Positions 1 through 12,221 of a DNA stretch of 64,000 nt are shown here, piece after piece. Made by a program: the position numbers and the translations under genes. The notes beneath the pieces are model-generated. The model did no database searches, was not told the origin of the DNA, and worked only from the letters and a program-made list of their open reading frames with translations. Source of the stretch: an uncultured Methanosarcinaceae archaeon (GTDB taxonomy: Archaea > Halobacteriota > Methanosarcinia > Methanosarcinales > Methanosarcinaceae); contig CAWJYV010000010.1 in the NCBI GenBank assembly GCA_963847185.1, forward strand, positions 64,001 through 128,000. The letters run 5' to 3'. Every line of letters begins with the position of its first letter. Positions within the stretch are counted from its first letter, which is position 1.

Positions 1-51
1 AGACTTTCGACTAATATTAATGGACATTCTTTCAAAAAATAAGGGGAAAGC

Positions 52-1284
52 ATGAAAATACTTCATCTCACTACAAGTTTTGTCCAGCAAAGCGCTGGGT
101 ATAGATTACATAGAGGGCTCATAAACTTAGGACTAGATTCACATGCCCTTGTGGGATTTAAAGGAATAAATGATTCTACTGTACATGGTGCTGAATCTTT
201 GTGGGCAAATAAAGTGGCATACCTGAAAGATAGGGCTGATCAGTTACTCGTTAGACAATATCCCCACAGGACTGGAATCATCTTTTCTCCATCAATTGTT
301 CCTGACAGAATAACCTCAAAAATTGAGAAATTCGATCCGTCAATTGTGCATCTTCACTGGATTTGTGGAGGATTTATAAGAATTGAGGCATTAAAAAAAA
401 TTACGAGACCTATTGTATGGACACTACATGATAGCTGGGCATTTACTGGAGGTTGTCATATCCCCTATGATTGTAAAAAATATCATGAAAATTGTGGTAA
501 ATGCCCAACATTGGGGAGCAAGACTGATCACGATTTATCGTGGCTCGTACTGTTAAGAAAAAAAAAATCATGGCAAGACTTGGAAATTGTAATTGTAACT
601 CCGAGTACTTGGTTGCATGATTGTGTTATAAATAGTACTTTATTCTCAAATTCCCGGGTTGAAGTAATCCCAAACGGGATTAATATAAATCAATTCAAGC
701 CAATTAATAAAGACTTTGCACGGAGTCGATTATTATTACCAAGAGATAAAAAAATTATATTATTTGGCGCAGTAAACAGTACAAGTGACCCCAACAAAGG
801 CTTTAAACATCTAAAACAATCTTTATACCATCTTAAAGAGAAAAAAATATTTGAAAATATAGAGCTTGTAATTTTTGGAGGAGATAGATCAATAGATTTT
901 CAATATTTAGGATTCAAAGTACATTCTTTAGGTAAAATACAAGATGATAGCACTTTGGCACTTCTCTATTCTGCAGCAGATGTTTTTGTTGCACCTTCAT
1001 TATCTGAAAACCTTCCAAATACTATATTAGAATCTCTTGCTTGCGGGACACCTTGTGTTGCATTTAACATTGGTGGCATTCCGGATTTAATCGACCATAA
1101 ATGTAATGGATATCTTGCTCCTCCTTTCAATTCAGTGGATTTTGCAGAGGGAATTGAATGGATACTATGTGATGAGACGCGTACAAAAATTCTTGCTGAG
1201 AATGCTAGAAAAAAAATAATACAGGAATTTAACATTGTAGATGTCATACATAGATATAGTGAGTTATATAACTCCATTTCTTGA
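52..1284 (+). CDS. Glycosyltransferase family 4 (WcaC-like)
   Basis: GT-B motifs VHLHW, WTLHDSWAFTGGCH, ENLPNTILESLACGTP. Confidence 0.9.
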   Translation: MKILHLTTSFVQQSAGYRLHRGLINLGLDSHALVGFKGINDSTVHGAESLWANKVAYLKDRADQLLVRQYPHRTGIIFSPSIVPDRITSKIEKFDPSIVHLHWICGGFIRIEALKKITRPIVWTLHDSWAFTGGCHIPYDCKKYHENCGKCPTLGSKTDHDLSWLVLLRKKKSWQDLEIVIVTPSTWLHDCVINSTLFSNSRVEVIPNGININQFKPINKDFARSRLLLPRDKKIILFGAVNSTSDPNKGFKHLKQSLYHLKEKKIFENIELVIFGGDRSIDFQYLGFKVHSLGKIQDDSTLALLYSAADVFVAPSLSENLPNTILESLACGTPCVAFNIGGIPDLIDHKCNGYLAPPFNSVDFAEGIEWILCDETRTKILAENARKKIIQEFNIVDVIHRYSELYNSIS

Positions 1285-1623
1285 TTATATCCAATAAAAC
1301 TGCTATAGAATGTCAAATCTGCTGAAAATATTATCAATTTCATAGAAACGACTTTCTGAAGTAAGATTTCATAGGCAGTTTACGAAATATCTGTAAAATA
1401 TGATTTTTTTTAAATCTGTTGGTTTGAGCAGTAACAAGCTTGAAACATGAAGTATTTTGAAGACTGAAAATCAGATTACATTTGTGATCATCCTTTAAAT
1501 AAGGAACTTGAAGTTTCCTCGACTTTAACTCATTAAGCTACTTTCTATTATATCAAATGAAAACTGATTATAACTTTGTGAAATCACAGTTATCTAGGAT
1601 ACAACAATTAGGTAGGCAATCAG

Positions 1624-2403
1624 ATGACTTACGATATCAAAATATCCGTAATTACAGTTTGTCTTAACAGTGAAAATCTAATTCAAAAAACAATTAAAAG
1701 CGTAGTTAGTCAGACTTATCCAAATGTTGAGTATATTATTATCGATGGAAAATCTACAGATAATACCGCAAACATTGTCATGAAATATAAATCACACATA
1801 AATATTTTCGTTTCAGAAAAGGATAACGGAGTTTATGATGCTATGAACAAGGGAGCTCATCTTGCTACTGGAGATATGATATATTTTTTAAATAGTGGGG
1901 ACTATCTATATGATGACAAAGTTTTGGAAAAAATCGTAGCTGAAGCAGAAAAACATAACCTTTGTGAGATATTCTATGGAGACATTTTGTATTACAACAG
2001 CAGTGGCTCAAAATATTACTTAGGACCAATGAATAGTATTGCAGAGATAATATCAAGAGGTATAAACCATCAGTCAATATTCACCAGAAAAAGTGCTTTT
2101 GAGAAATGTGGGTATTTTGATACGAAGTATAAAATTTTTGCAGATTATGACTGGTTACTTAGATGTTTAACTAAATATCATACGAAAATAAACAAAGTTG
2201 AAATTCCAATTTCTTACTATTTAAGAGGCGGATTAAGTGATAACCACTGTGACGAATATATACATGAAAAATACGAAATTATTACTAAATACACAAGATT
2301 AAATCAGCTCATTAAGTATTCACAGGCACATCCAGTTGGTTTTGCTCGTTATATAAAATATAGATTCTGCAAAACTATCGCTACTAACCATATTAAGTTT
2401 TAA
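1624..2403 (+). CDS. Glycosyltransferase family 2 (WcaE-like)
   Basis: ISVITVCLN, IIIDGKSTD, DNGVYDAMNKG, ADYDW. Confidence 0.9.
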   Translation: MTYDIKISVITVCLNSENLIQKTIKSVVSQTYPNVEYIIIDGKSTDNTANIVMKYKSHINIFVSEKDNGVYDAMNKGAHLATGDMIYFLNSGDYLYDDKVLEKIVAEAEKHNLCEIFYGDILYYNSSGSKYYLGPMNSIAEIISRGINHQSIFTRKSAFEKCGYFDTKYKIFADYDWLLRCLTKYHTKINKVEIPISYYLRGGLSDNHCDEYIHEKYEIITKYTRLNQLIKYSQAHPVGFARYIKYRFCKTIATNHIKF

Positions 2404-2443
2404 CTTATAAGATACAAAAAGTCGAAAGACTATAATATTTGAT

Positions 2444-3532
2444 TTAATCCTTACTTACTTTATTATAAACGTTGATTATTATATTTGATATCGGTTCCCA
2501 AGATAAATCTCGCTTTAATTTCTTATGTGCATTAATACCCATTTTTGATCTTATATCATAATTTTTTAACAAGTAAATAATAGCTCTCGATAAAGCCTCC
2601 TCATCTCGTGGAGGGACAATAAGTCCTGTAACACCATGGTCTACAATTTCTGGAATACTACCGACATCAGTTGCGACTACTGGTTTACAAAATCCGTAAG
2701 CTGTAGGGATAACACCACTTTGGGAGGCCTCTACATATGGTAAAACAACAAGACTACAAATTTTAAATAATTTTGCGCCCTCTTCGTATGAAATTCGATA
2801 ATTATATATAATGAACTTATCTCTATTGACCATCATATTTTGATATTTTTCTAAATCATCTCCTTTTCCTGCAATAATAATTTTAACGTTAGGTATCTCT
2901 TTTACAATTAAAGGCTCTGCTTTTATTAAATATTCCAAACCCTTATATTTTTTAATTCTACCAAAAAATAAAATTGTATTCTCTTCTTCTTTATAATTTT
3001 TATCATATTTCTTGAATGGAGTAACTTCATGTTCACCGATAGGAATAACACTGATTCTATTGTCTATAATATTATATTCCTTAATTAATGACTCCTTCAA
3101 CTTAGTACCATGAACAAATATATGTTTTGAATAGCATTTTGCACATTTCATCACAAAAGGATGCAAAAAATATTCTTCTCCTAAATGCCTATTTACGTCA
3201 TGAAGTGTAGTTACCATTTTAAAATTTAGTACCTTACTGAATAGATATATTATAAAAAAAATAAAACCTGCTCCTTGAACATGAACTATGTTTGGTCGGA
3301 AATCTTTAATACTCTTCAACATCTCATAGATAATTGAAATCGAGTTAATAACTGGATTAGAGGATTTATAACAAAATAATTTTAGGTATATTTTTTTATC
3401 TATGTTTTCTAAACTGTCAATATTTGCCCATTCAGGCAGGATCAACATGACTCTTTGACTATTAGATAATGAGTTAGCCAACTGAATAATATAATCTTGA
3501 AAACCTCCTAACGTTACACACATAACCTTCAT
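2444..3532 (-). CDS. Glycosyltransferase family 4
   Basis: FFGRIKKYKG, EASQSGV, KPVVATDVG. Confidence 0.9.
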   Translation of the reverse strand: MKVMCVTLGGFQDYIIQLANSLSNSQRVMLILPEWANIDSLENIDKKIYLKLFCYKSSNPVINSISIIYEMLKSIKDFRPNIVHVQGAGFIFFIIYLFSKVLNFKMVTTLHDVNRHLGEEYFLHPFVMKCAKCYSKHIFVHGTKLKESLIKEYNIIDNRISVIPIGEHEVTPFKKYDKNYKEEENTILFFGRIKKYKGLEYLIKAEPLIVKEIPNVKIIIAGKGDDLEKYQNMMVNRDKFIIYNYRISYEEGAKLFKICSLVVLPYVEASQSGVIPTAYGFCKPVVATDVGSIPEIVDHGVTGLIVPPRDEEALSRAIIYLLKNYDIRSKMGINAHKKLKRDLSWEPISNIIINVYNKVSKD

Positions 3533-3715
3533 ATAAACTCCTCTGATCCGTATTCTAATGAAATTTATTTCCTTTCAAAAGTAAGTTTGGTATTATCTTT
3601 GAAAAGAAGTTAATTAAAAATACTGCTTGAACAATTATTCTTTTTTCTCCAGTATTTGTTTAAATCTTTGTAAAAGAATGTAAAATATAAGACGTCAATA
3701 TTTTGCAATCGAAAC

Positions 3716-4957
3716 TTAATCCTTGAATTTTTCAATTTCAATGATCTTACGATAAGCTTTCGCAATTTCTTCCCCATACTTATCCCAAGTAAAAACTGAA
3801 ATTCTCTCTTTTGCAGATTCTCCCATTCTAATTCTGAGCTCATTGTTCTTGTATAATAACAATATCTTATTCTTTAATTCATCTACATCTTCAATAGGTA
3901 TTACAAATCCATCAATACCGTCTCTAACTTGAGACCCACTATTTTTTGTTACGATAGAAGGAAGTCCACAAGACATAGCTTCATAAGTAGCAAGTGAAGA
4001 TCCCTCTGACAAAGAAGGAAAAACAAATACTGAAGAATTACTGTAATACTTATATAATTCATGGTTAGGCACATATGGAATATGTTTATACATTCCTTCA
4101 TATCGACTCACTACCGGCTGTAAAGAATAATCTATTTTCCCAATTAAAAGTAATTCTGTATTTTCTATTTTATTATCGGATATTAATTGATAGTAAGCTT
4201 CTAATAGAAAGTTAATCCCTTTACTTAATGAGAGAAGTCCCACATATATTATGCGAAAAACTTGATCATTTTTAGGAATAGGCTTAAATTTATTTTCATC
4301 AACTCCATATGGGATAATAAATATTTTATTAGGATTTCCTCCGTTTTCTATAAAGTTCTTATACACATATTCAGAAGGAACAAAGATGTAATCTGCAAAC
4401 GTGTATTCTTGGAGTGTTTTCTTCATTCTCGGTTCATCTGGCAATAAACAGTTACTATTATATTTAGAATATGCACTTTTCAACAAATTTTTTCGATGGA
4501 GTGGATGAGAGGCACCTTGGTCTATGATGACAATTGCACCTTTTTTCTTTGCTAATCTTGAAGTCCAATAAGCATAAGTACTACAAACATGGAAAATATC
4601 ACATTTTTTTATATACACTAAAGATATTAGTTCGAAAAGATAATTGCACATACAATCGATTTTTTTCCCAAAGATAACTGGCAATTTTGAAGAAAATATA
4701 CTTAATACTTCTGGACTGAAGATAGACACTATATACTTGTCATCTAGTTTATCGCTACATCTTAAACAAACTAAACTTTCTAATCTGGAGATATATTTAA
4801 ACTTTAAAGATTTTAATTTTGGGTACTGAACGATTTTTTTTGAGAACTTTTTGAAATACATTGTAGTAATAAACATATATAAATAGCCAGCTTTTTGAGC
4901 TCCAAGAGCTGTGTTGTAGTAGTGACCTTTTTTTCCAGATAACAAAATCACTCTCAT
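3716..4957 (-). CDS. Glycosyltransferase family 4
   Basis: FPSLSEGSSLATYEAMSCGLP motif. Confidence 0.9.
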   Translation of the reverse strand: MRVILLSGKKGHYYNTALGAQKAGYLYMFITTMYFKKFSKKIVQYPKLKSLKFKYISRLESLVCLRCSDKLDDKYIVSIFSPEVLSIFSSKLPVIFGKKIDCMCNYLFELISLVYIKKCDIFHVCSTYAYWTSRLAKKKGAIVIIDQGASHPLHRKNLLKSAYSKYNSNCLLPDEPRMKKTLQEYTFADYIFVPSEYVYKNFIENGGNPNKIFIIPYGVDENKFKPIPKNDQVFRIIYVGLLSLSKGINFLLEAYYQLISDNKIENTELLLIGKIDYSLQPVVSRYEGMYKHIPYVPNHELYKYYSNSSVFVFPSLSEGSSLATYEAMSCGLPSIVTKNSGSQVRDGIDGFVIPIEDVDELKNKILLLYKNNELRIRMGESAKERISVFTWDKYGEEIAKAYRKIIEIEKFKD

Positions 4958-5040
4958 TATATTCCTCTAAACGATATCAAATTCAAATAAATTAGGCTTT
5001 GAATAACACGACACAATTGAAAGTTTACAAACTAGTTAAA

Positions 5041-6645
5041 TCAGCTAGGGGAGTACTTGTAAGATATAAATTTATTATCTCCAGATACTTCTGTCAAATC
5101 TTTGTGCAAAATGTTGTACTTTTCCTTTACAGGGACATCTATATTCCATCGACTGAAATCTACAGACTCATTGTCTCTAAATGGTTCTGTATTCCCTATG
5201 ATAGAATGAGGGAGTTTCAATAATGAAGTTATGACAAGAATTACTAAAAAAAGTGATATAAATGTTTTAAACAGTATTTTTAATTTTATGTCAGTTGATC
5301 TCATAATACGAATTAGACCGAAAGATAGTATAATAGAAAATGGGAACGCAAAGAAATTATATAGCCTATCTGGATTTAATTCAAAGCCTTTTACAGAGAT
5401 TAATAGCATGAATAAAATAAGAACTACTGCCCATCCTATTATAAATAAGTCAGATGATTTTTTCCTGTATTTGACTACTTCTTTTACGTAGACAAGAAAT
5501 GACCCAATGAATAAGACCCTAGTAAACCAAGTAGACCAAAAAACAAGCGGCCCGTATAAATATGCTTTCAAGCCCCCAGTTTTTGATTGGTGAATTACTG
5601 TACCATTAGTAGCAACTATATCACTCGAAAAAGATTCTTTTAAAAGAGACATAGAAAATTCAAATATGTTCCCGAAAAAATGACCTATATATATCATATA
5701 AGATATAAATAAAATAAAACACAAAAATATAAGCGACATTGAAATATCCATGTCATTCACCCAGTTAATCTTCTTTGATATAAAATAAGATAAATAAATT
5801 ATTAGTAGAGTGATAAAAAACGTTATGCAAGTTACAAAATGAAAAATTGTTATTGAAGCAACTAGAATTAGGATTATAATTTTTAGAATTATACGATTAA
5901 AATTTTTAGTTTGATATTTATAATCACTGAAGCTTTTTTTGATAGCTATATTGTTATCATTTAGTTTCTTAGATTTATTATCAAGTACTATCAGCAGTAG
6001 AGTTGTCATATAAATGACTATTGCTAAACTTTGAGTTCTATACTCAAATCCAAACTTAAATACAGTAAATTCCCATCCACTAATAAAAACTGCTATCAAA
6101 GACAATTTGGGATCGAAAAAATTCCTAATGAACATATATAAGTAAAAAAATACCAACATATTAATAGCTGGGTGAAGATATGTAGCTAATGTATAGAGAT
6201 CTATTCCAGTAACAGTTGTTAAAGCAGTGTAAAAGATATATAATCCTGGAAAACCATATGATACAGAACCGATTTTTGCAAAATTTATGAAAGAATTATC
6301 TGATAAAAAATAATTTGTTGCTCGTAAGGTAGAAGGTGCATCTGTTCCTATCGGATAGTTAAATTTTAATGCAAATATATAATGGTTAAATAAAATAGTC
6401 AACATAATAAGGGAGAATAAGTACATTTCATCTTTCGGTTTAAAATAATTCTCATCCCAAATTAGTAGATAGATTATAGGTGAAGCCAATAAAAGTATTC
6501 CAGGAATAAATACGTTAAACTCTGTACTAAATTTTAGGGGGAGAATTGAAAATAACAATCCAACAATAATAATTAATAGAGATATTAGCTTTTTTTCATA
6601 CTTGATGCAAAAGTCATTATTCATAGTAATACCATACTCATTCAT
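5041..6645 (-). CDS. Polytopic membrane protein (Wzy-like polymerase or GT-C-like)
   Basis: Many hydrophobic segments; located inside the GT cluster. Confidence 0.6.
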   Translation of the reverse strand: MNEYGITMNNDFCIKYEKKLISLLIIIVGLLFSILPLKFSTEFNVFIPGILLLASPIIYLLIWDENYFKPKDEMYLFSLIMLTILFNHYIFALKFNYPIGTDAPSTLRATNYFLSDNSFINFAKIGSVSYGFPGLYIFYTALTTVTGIDLYTLATYLHPAINMLVFFYLYMFIRNFFDPKLSLIAVFISGWEFTVFKFGFEYRTQSLAIVIYMTTLLLIVLDNKSKKLNDNNIAIKKSFSDYKYQTKNFNRIILKIIILILVASITIFHFVTCITFFITLLIIYLSYFISKKINWVNDMDISMSLIFLCFILFISYMIYIGHFFGNIFEFSMSLLKESFSSDIVATNGTVIHQSKTGGLKAYLYGPLVFWSTWFTRVLFIGSFLVYVKEVVKYRKKSSDLFIIGWAVVLILFMLLISVKGFELNPDRLYNFFAFPFSIILSFGLIRIMRSTDIKLKILFKTFISLFLVILVITSLLKLPHSIIGNTEPFRDNESVDFSRWNIDVPVKEKYNILHKDLTEVSGDNKFISYKYSPS

Positions 6646-6666
6646 TTTATCAGATTAAATATTGAA

Positions 6667-7836
6667 TTAATGGAAACCATTCATCAAAGAGTTAATTGCA
6701 TCTGAAAATGCTTTCGAAGAATTCTCTACTGTTATATCTCTTATTATATTCTCAGAGAAAATACCCATATTATTCATTAAAGCAGGATCCATGAATATTT
6801 TATTTATTGAGTCATATAATTGTATTTCATTTTTCGGCTCGACAATAAACCCATTGATCTCATTTTTTATTAAATCAACGGAAGCTCCAACTGCGTTTGT
6901 GCTAATAACAGGCAATCCACAAGCCATTGCTTCATTAAGAACTAAACCCCATACTTCTTCAGAAGAAGGTAATACAAAAATATCAGCTACGGCATAAAAA
7001 CATGGAAGAGCATCTTTTTGAACAAAATCAAAAATATGTACATTATTAATATTATTAATTTTAGTCCACTCGATTAGTTCTGACTTTTCGTTACCATTAC
7101 CAACTATGACTAAACCTACATCGTAAATTCTATTTAATTTTTTGTGAGCTTCCAATAAATATTTAATTCCTTTCCGTTCAATTAGCTGCCCTACATACAA
7201 AACGACAAATTTATAATTCAGTCCAAACTTTTCTTTCAAATCATTTTTATTTAATTTTAAATCTAAAATTGCATTTTTAAAAAAGTTAGTATCTACTGAG
7301 TTAAAAGAAATAAACACTTTTTCTTCAGATGCTCCAAGTTTCACTAGATATTTTTTTGCATTCGTACCATAAGCAATAAATAAATCTGAACGTTTAACTA
7401 CATATTTAACAAATGGCAGAGAAATAATTCTCAACAAACTATGTTCGTTTTCAGTACTTCCGGACCATAATATGAATGGAATATTTAATGATTTGGCAAC
7501 AAAAAAAGCAATTTGATTTGTAAATGAACTATAACCTGCTGAAATAATAACATCAAATTTACCATTATATAACTCTCTAATAATTGTTGGATTAATATGA
7601 TAAAAAGTTTCTTTACCCAAGTTTAAAGTAACTTTGGGAAGGATTTTGTAATTAAATGAAAAATTATGATTCACAATCCATTCTCTATTTTTTTCAGATT
7701 CTGAAGTGAAATAAACAAATAACTCAATATTCGGATTTCGAGCTAATTCTTCGAATAACGGAATCCTATAAGGTGCAATTATGTTATGTATCAATGCAAC
7801 TTTGATAACTTTCGGGTAAAATTTATTTTCGATCAT
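6667..7836 (-). CDS. Glycosyltransferase family 4
   Basis: YVGQLIERKG, EVWGLVLNEAMACGLP. Confidence 0.9.
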   Translation of the reverse strand: MIENKFYPKVIKVALIHNIIAPYRIPLFEELARNPNIELFVYFTSESEKNREWIVNHNFSFNYKILPKVTLNLGKETFYHINPTIIRELYNGKFDVIISAGYSSFTNQIAFFVAKSLNIPFILWSGSTENEHSLLRIISLPFVKYVVKRSDLFIAYGTNAKKYLVKLGASEEKVFISFNSVDTNFFKNAILDLKLNKNDLKEKFGLNYKFVVLYVGQLIERKGIKYLLEAHKKLNRIYDVGLVIVGNGNEKSELIEWTKINNINNVHIFDFVQKDALPCFYAVADIFVLPSSEEVWGLVLNEAMACGLPVISTNAVGASVDLIKNEINGFIVEPKNEIQLYDSINKIFMDPALMNNMGIFSENIIRDITVENSSKAFSDAINSLMNGFH

Positions 7837-8998
7837 CTAAAACCTCAAAATAACTGTCTTCTATTAGGTCAATAACCCGATTCAAAGTATAGGATTTTTT
7901 AATTATTTTTGTACAATTTTGCTCAAAAATTGAGCTGATTTCATTGTTCGTCAAAATTGTATATATAGCACTCTTCAATGAATCTTTATCAAATGGGACT
8001 ACAAATCCAACGTTACCCTCAATCCATCCAAGATTATCCCCTTTGGTTGTTGTAATAATGGGAGTACCACAAATACACGATTCAAGAAACGTAATAGGAA
8101 AACCTGAAAACCAAGGAGTTACAAAGACATCGGAGTCTACAAAAGCAGAAATTTTTTCAGGAATAGATACAAAACCAGTAAACAATACCTTATCATTAAT
8201 AGCTAATTTATCTATCAATCTTTCGAAGTGATTCTGATAACCGTCATTAGGGCCAATTAACACTAATGTTGCGTTATCTATTTCATTAGTGAGCTCTGCA
8301 AATGATTCAATAAGTAGATCAATTCCTTTACTTATATGTAAACGACCAACATACAGCACAATTTTTGAGTTTTCAAGCCCATATTTCTTTCTGAAAATTC
8401 CTTTGGGAGGTAACTCACAATACTTAGTTTCATCTATTCCATTAGGTACAATTTCAATTATATCTGGACTTACTCCAAAATCTAAATATTGAGCAACTTC
8501 AGTTTCATTAAGTGCATACAGTCTAGATGCATCTTTTAATATCTTTTTTCCAAAAAGTACGTCAAATATTGTTTTTAAATTCTTTCTTTTAATTATTTTA
8601 GGGGAAGATCCATGGGCCTGAAGTACATAAGGGACATTATTTTTTTTCGCAAAGTAATTGACAATAATAGCTGAAAATGTCCTGTATTCATGTATATGAA
8701 TAATATCAAATTCCTTTAACTCTTTGCTGGCGACTAATGGTAGATAATAAGGTATAGGAAGGACAAGATTTTTGGAGAGATAGCTAGATAAGTTCCTAAA
8801 ATAGTATGTTTTAACTCCATCAATATTTATAGGCTTATTTTTATCCACTTTCAATCTTGACTTGAACCCATCTGTAGTATAAACAGTTACTTCATGCCCT
8901 CTCTCCACTAAACTAAGAGAAATATCATAAGCGACTCTTGCTGGACCACCTGCTTCCCAAGAAGGTTTAAAGAAATTTGTAACTTGTAATATTCTCAT
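7823..8998 (-). CDS. Glycosyltransferase family 4
   Basis: MRILQV, YVGRLHISKG, FPITFLES. Confidence 0.9.
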   Translation of the reverse strand: MRILQVTNFFKPSWEAGGPARVAYDISLSLVERGHEVTVYTTDGFKSRLKVDKNKPINIDGVKTYYFRNLSSYLSKNLVLPIPYYLPLVASKELKEFDIIHIHEYRTFSAIIVNYFAKKNNVPYVLQAHGSSPKIIKRKNLKTIFDVLFGKKILKDASRLYALNETEVAQYLDFGVSPDIIEIVPNGIDETKYCELPPKGIFRKKYGLENSKIVLYVGRLHISKGIDLLIESFAELTNEIDNATLVLIGPNDGYQNHFERLIDKLAINDKVLFTGFVSIPEKISAFVDSDVFVTPWFSGFPITFLESCICGTPIITTTKGDNLGWIEGNVGFVVPFDKDSLKSAIYTILTNNEISSIFEQNCTKIIKKSYTLNRVIDLIEDSYFEVLDDRK

Positions 8999-10184
8999 GA
9001 AAGGGCCTCTAAATTTAGCTCAAACAAATTAACAATAGAGTTCCAAGTGTATTTGGTAACGAATTCAAATGACTTTGATCCTTGTTTTGATATTGAGTCT
9101 GGAGATTCTAAGAATTTATTCAGTTTGCACAAAGTATCTTCTGGTTTGTCAATATAGGTAATCCCATTATCCATTCCAAACTTCTTTTAGTATACCAGGA
9201 AGGTTCGTGGCTATTACAGGTTTTCCCATGGCCATATATTCATATATTTTAATAGGCACAATATTCATCATGATTTCATTTTTATAAGCTGGTAAAAGAC
9301 ATATATCAGCGGCAGCAATGTGTTTTGGAATTTCTTCGAATGGGATTTTTCCTGTTAGTATTAATTTACCATTTAGGTTTTTTTCAGATTTCATTTTGAG
9401 TAAAGAGTTTGTAGAGGTCTCCCTCGCCAACTATCATTAATTTGATGTTTTCATTGGTCAGTAGTAGAAAGGCTTTCTGCAACTTCTTTCATTCCAGAGA
9501 AGTCGTATATCCATCCCATGAAAAATAATAAGACATCATCTTTTTTAATCCCATATTTTTCCCTAATTGATGAACCGTCTACCTGGGGATTGAATTTTTC
9601 AAAATCTACACCTGCAGGTATTACAGATATTTTATTGATATTACCCCCCATCTCCACAGCATAGTCTTTTAGACCCTGGTTGATGACAAAAATCTTATCT
9701 GCGCCTTTAATTGTCTTTTTTTCAAATTGTTCTGCAGTTATTCTTGTAAATTTACTTGGAAGTAATGTGTGTAAATGGTCTATAAGATAATACACAAAAG
9801 GAATGTCGTATTCTTTCTAGCCTGCTGCATACCAAGATATGCATTAAGAATACCAAATGCTATTATTACATCTGGTTTAAACTCTCGAATTTGTCTTTTT
9901 ATCTCTTTTTCATGAAAATAAATAATAGATGCCATATCAAGAACTGGGACTTTGATCATCCCTGGTCTGATAAGAGTTATGTTAGCTTCCTTGAATATTT
10001 TATAAGCTCCTTTAATTTCCTTCCGACCAGTGATTATTTCTTTGTCTTTATCCTCTTTCCAGAGATACTCATAATCAATTACTCTTATTTGATGACCCCT
10101 CAATGCCATTCTATCCATTAGATGATGCTGTTGATGAGGCCCTCTTTTAATCCAATCGGTTTCCTGAAGCACTAAAATGTTCAT
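8995..10184 (-). pseudogene. Glycosyltransferase family 4 broken by about 4 single-base frameshifts (likely assembly error)
   Basis: ORFs 9780-10184, 9451-9795 and 9167-9430 plus a tail (GITYIDKPED...LEALS) join into one GT4 with PIKIYEYMAMGKP; its TGA overlaps the next ATG. Confidence 0.8.
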
Positions 10185-10195
10185 TTAGCATCACA

Positions 10196-11194
10196 TCAGA
10201 ATTCGGCGCTTTCATCGATATTCTCCCAGTTTTCTTTAAACCAGCTGTGTACATTTTTTAGGCCATCTTCAAATTTCATCTGAGGTTTGTAGCCAAGTAC
10301 TCTATTCGCCTTGTCTACACAGGAAAGAAGCTTTGTTTTTACATCCCAATCCCTACGTTCTTTAAAAATGACTGCAGCTTTGTTATTTGTTAATTCGTTG
10401 ACAATCGTTGCCATTTCAATGACCTGATGATCGGTTCCTGAACCAAGGTTAAAAGCTTCACCTATAGCTTCTTCTTCTATTCCCATAGCAACGAGACCAT
10501 TGACAATATCACCTACATAAGTCCAGTCTCTTGTTTCTGTTCCTTCGCCTGTAATTGGAAGTGGAGCTCCTTTCATTGCCCAGTAGAAAAAGTTGGGAAT
10601 TACATTTCGGTATTTTCCAGGAACTTCTCCTGGTCCATATGAGTTAAAAAAGCGTGCATTTGCAATGGGCATATTGTAAAGATTATGGAAGTAATTCGTG
10701 TAAAGTTCACCAAGGAGTTTCGTTACCTGATAAGGCGTATGAAGACTGATTGAGATATCATGTTCTTCAAATGGCATTTTCGAATCAAGACCATATACTC
10801 CGCATCCAGATGAAGAATAAACAAAGCGTTTTACATCAACAAGTTGAGCATATTGAAGGACTTTGAGAATTCCAATGCCATTGATCATTAGATCTTTCTC
10901 AGGGTTATCAACAGAATTCTGGTTTGCAAAATGAGCAGCAAGATGGAAGACATAATCAGGCTTATCTTTGAAGGCACGCTTGAGTATTTCATCATTAAGA
11001 ATGCTCCCTTTAATAAAGAATATATTATCTGCCTTTGGTATGTTCCACTCATAAGAAGAGGAGAGATCATCTAATATGATAACTTTCTTTGCATTCATCT
11101 CAGAGAGTTTTTGGCAGAGATTCCCACCAATTGCACCAGCCCCGCCAGTAACCAGTATAGTTTTTCCTTCATAATCACTCGGTATAGTTTCTCA
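10196..11194 (-). CDS. NAD-dependent epimerase/dehydratase (N-terminus probably frameshifted)
   Basis: In-frame upstream [16 protein letters not shown]; YxxxK motif (YQVTK); probable TTG start near 11194 is one base out of frame. Confidence 0.85.
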
Positions 11195-11196
11195 AT

Positions 11197-12139
11197 TTAT
11201 TCACCTATCCTGTAATATTTTCTCATCCATTCTACTGTTCTGCGTATTCCTTCTTCTGGAGAAACTTTGGGATTATGGTTAAGATCTCTAACAGCTTTAG
11301 AACAATCAATTGTCTTTACTTTTGTTGTAAATGATTCTGCTCCCTCATAAGTAACGAGGGAATCTTCTACACCTATAGCTTTCAACACAAGGTCCGAATA
11401 TTCCTTAATGTCTTTCTCCCATTCAGGTCTTCCAGCTACATTGTAGGCTTCTCCAGGGATAAAGTTGTCAATAATATTTGCCCATGTACGACAGGAATCT
11501 TCAACAAAGTCAATTATACGTTTATGACCACTATACACTGTATATGGCTTATTGTGAAGAGCAAGATAGATAAATTTGGGAATAAAACCTCGATAAGGCG
11601 TATAATGTTCGTAGGGGCCGTAACAGTTTACAGGGCGAACTCTTACAGTTTCTGTTCCAAACATTTTTGCAGAATTCATACACATAAGCTCTCCAGCCCA
11701 TTTAGTGATGGCATAGTCATTCATTTGATAGGTATCTTTAATGGGATTGTTTACCATCACATCTTCTGTCATGACTCCATCATAGTCACCATACACTTCT
11801 GCACTGGAATAAAAAATCATGCGAAATTTGAGTTTTTCCTGAAGCCGAAGCATATTTTTGGTACCAATTACATTAGTCTGCCAGAGATTTTCATAGTAAT
11901 CTTCTCCATTCCATCGACCGTATTCAGCAGCTAAATGGTAGACATAATCAAAATTAGATTTTTCAAAAATTCTTTCAAGCTGTCTGTAATTCCTGACATC
12001 AGACTCTAATATAATTCTCACGTCTGGTATTATACAGATCAGCTGCAATTACTTCGTGACCTCTACTTTCTAATTCATTGACAAGATTTGTACCGATGAA
12101 ACCTGCTCCACCAGTAACTAATATTCTCTGTGCATCCAT
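11197..12139 (-). CDS. NAD-dependent epimerase/dehydratase, frameshift near 12040
   Basis: ATG at 12139 gives [16 protein letters not shown] behind a GAGG RBS; the rest is ORF 11197-12048 with YAITK. Confidence 0.85.
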
Positions 12140-12221
12140 AATTTATCCTCAGTACAGTTGAATAATATTTGCAAAGATAGTCGTGTGCACTCTTAGGGAA
12201 ACTTCAATAAGACACAGAAAT

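Noticed and set aside
1372-1495. Possible degenerate IS5-like MITE between the first two GT genes
   Set aside because: Terminal similarity too weak and no second copy seen
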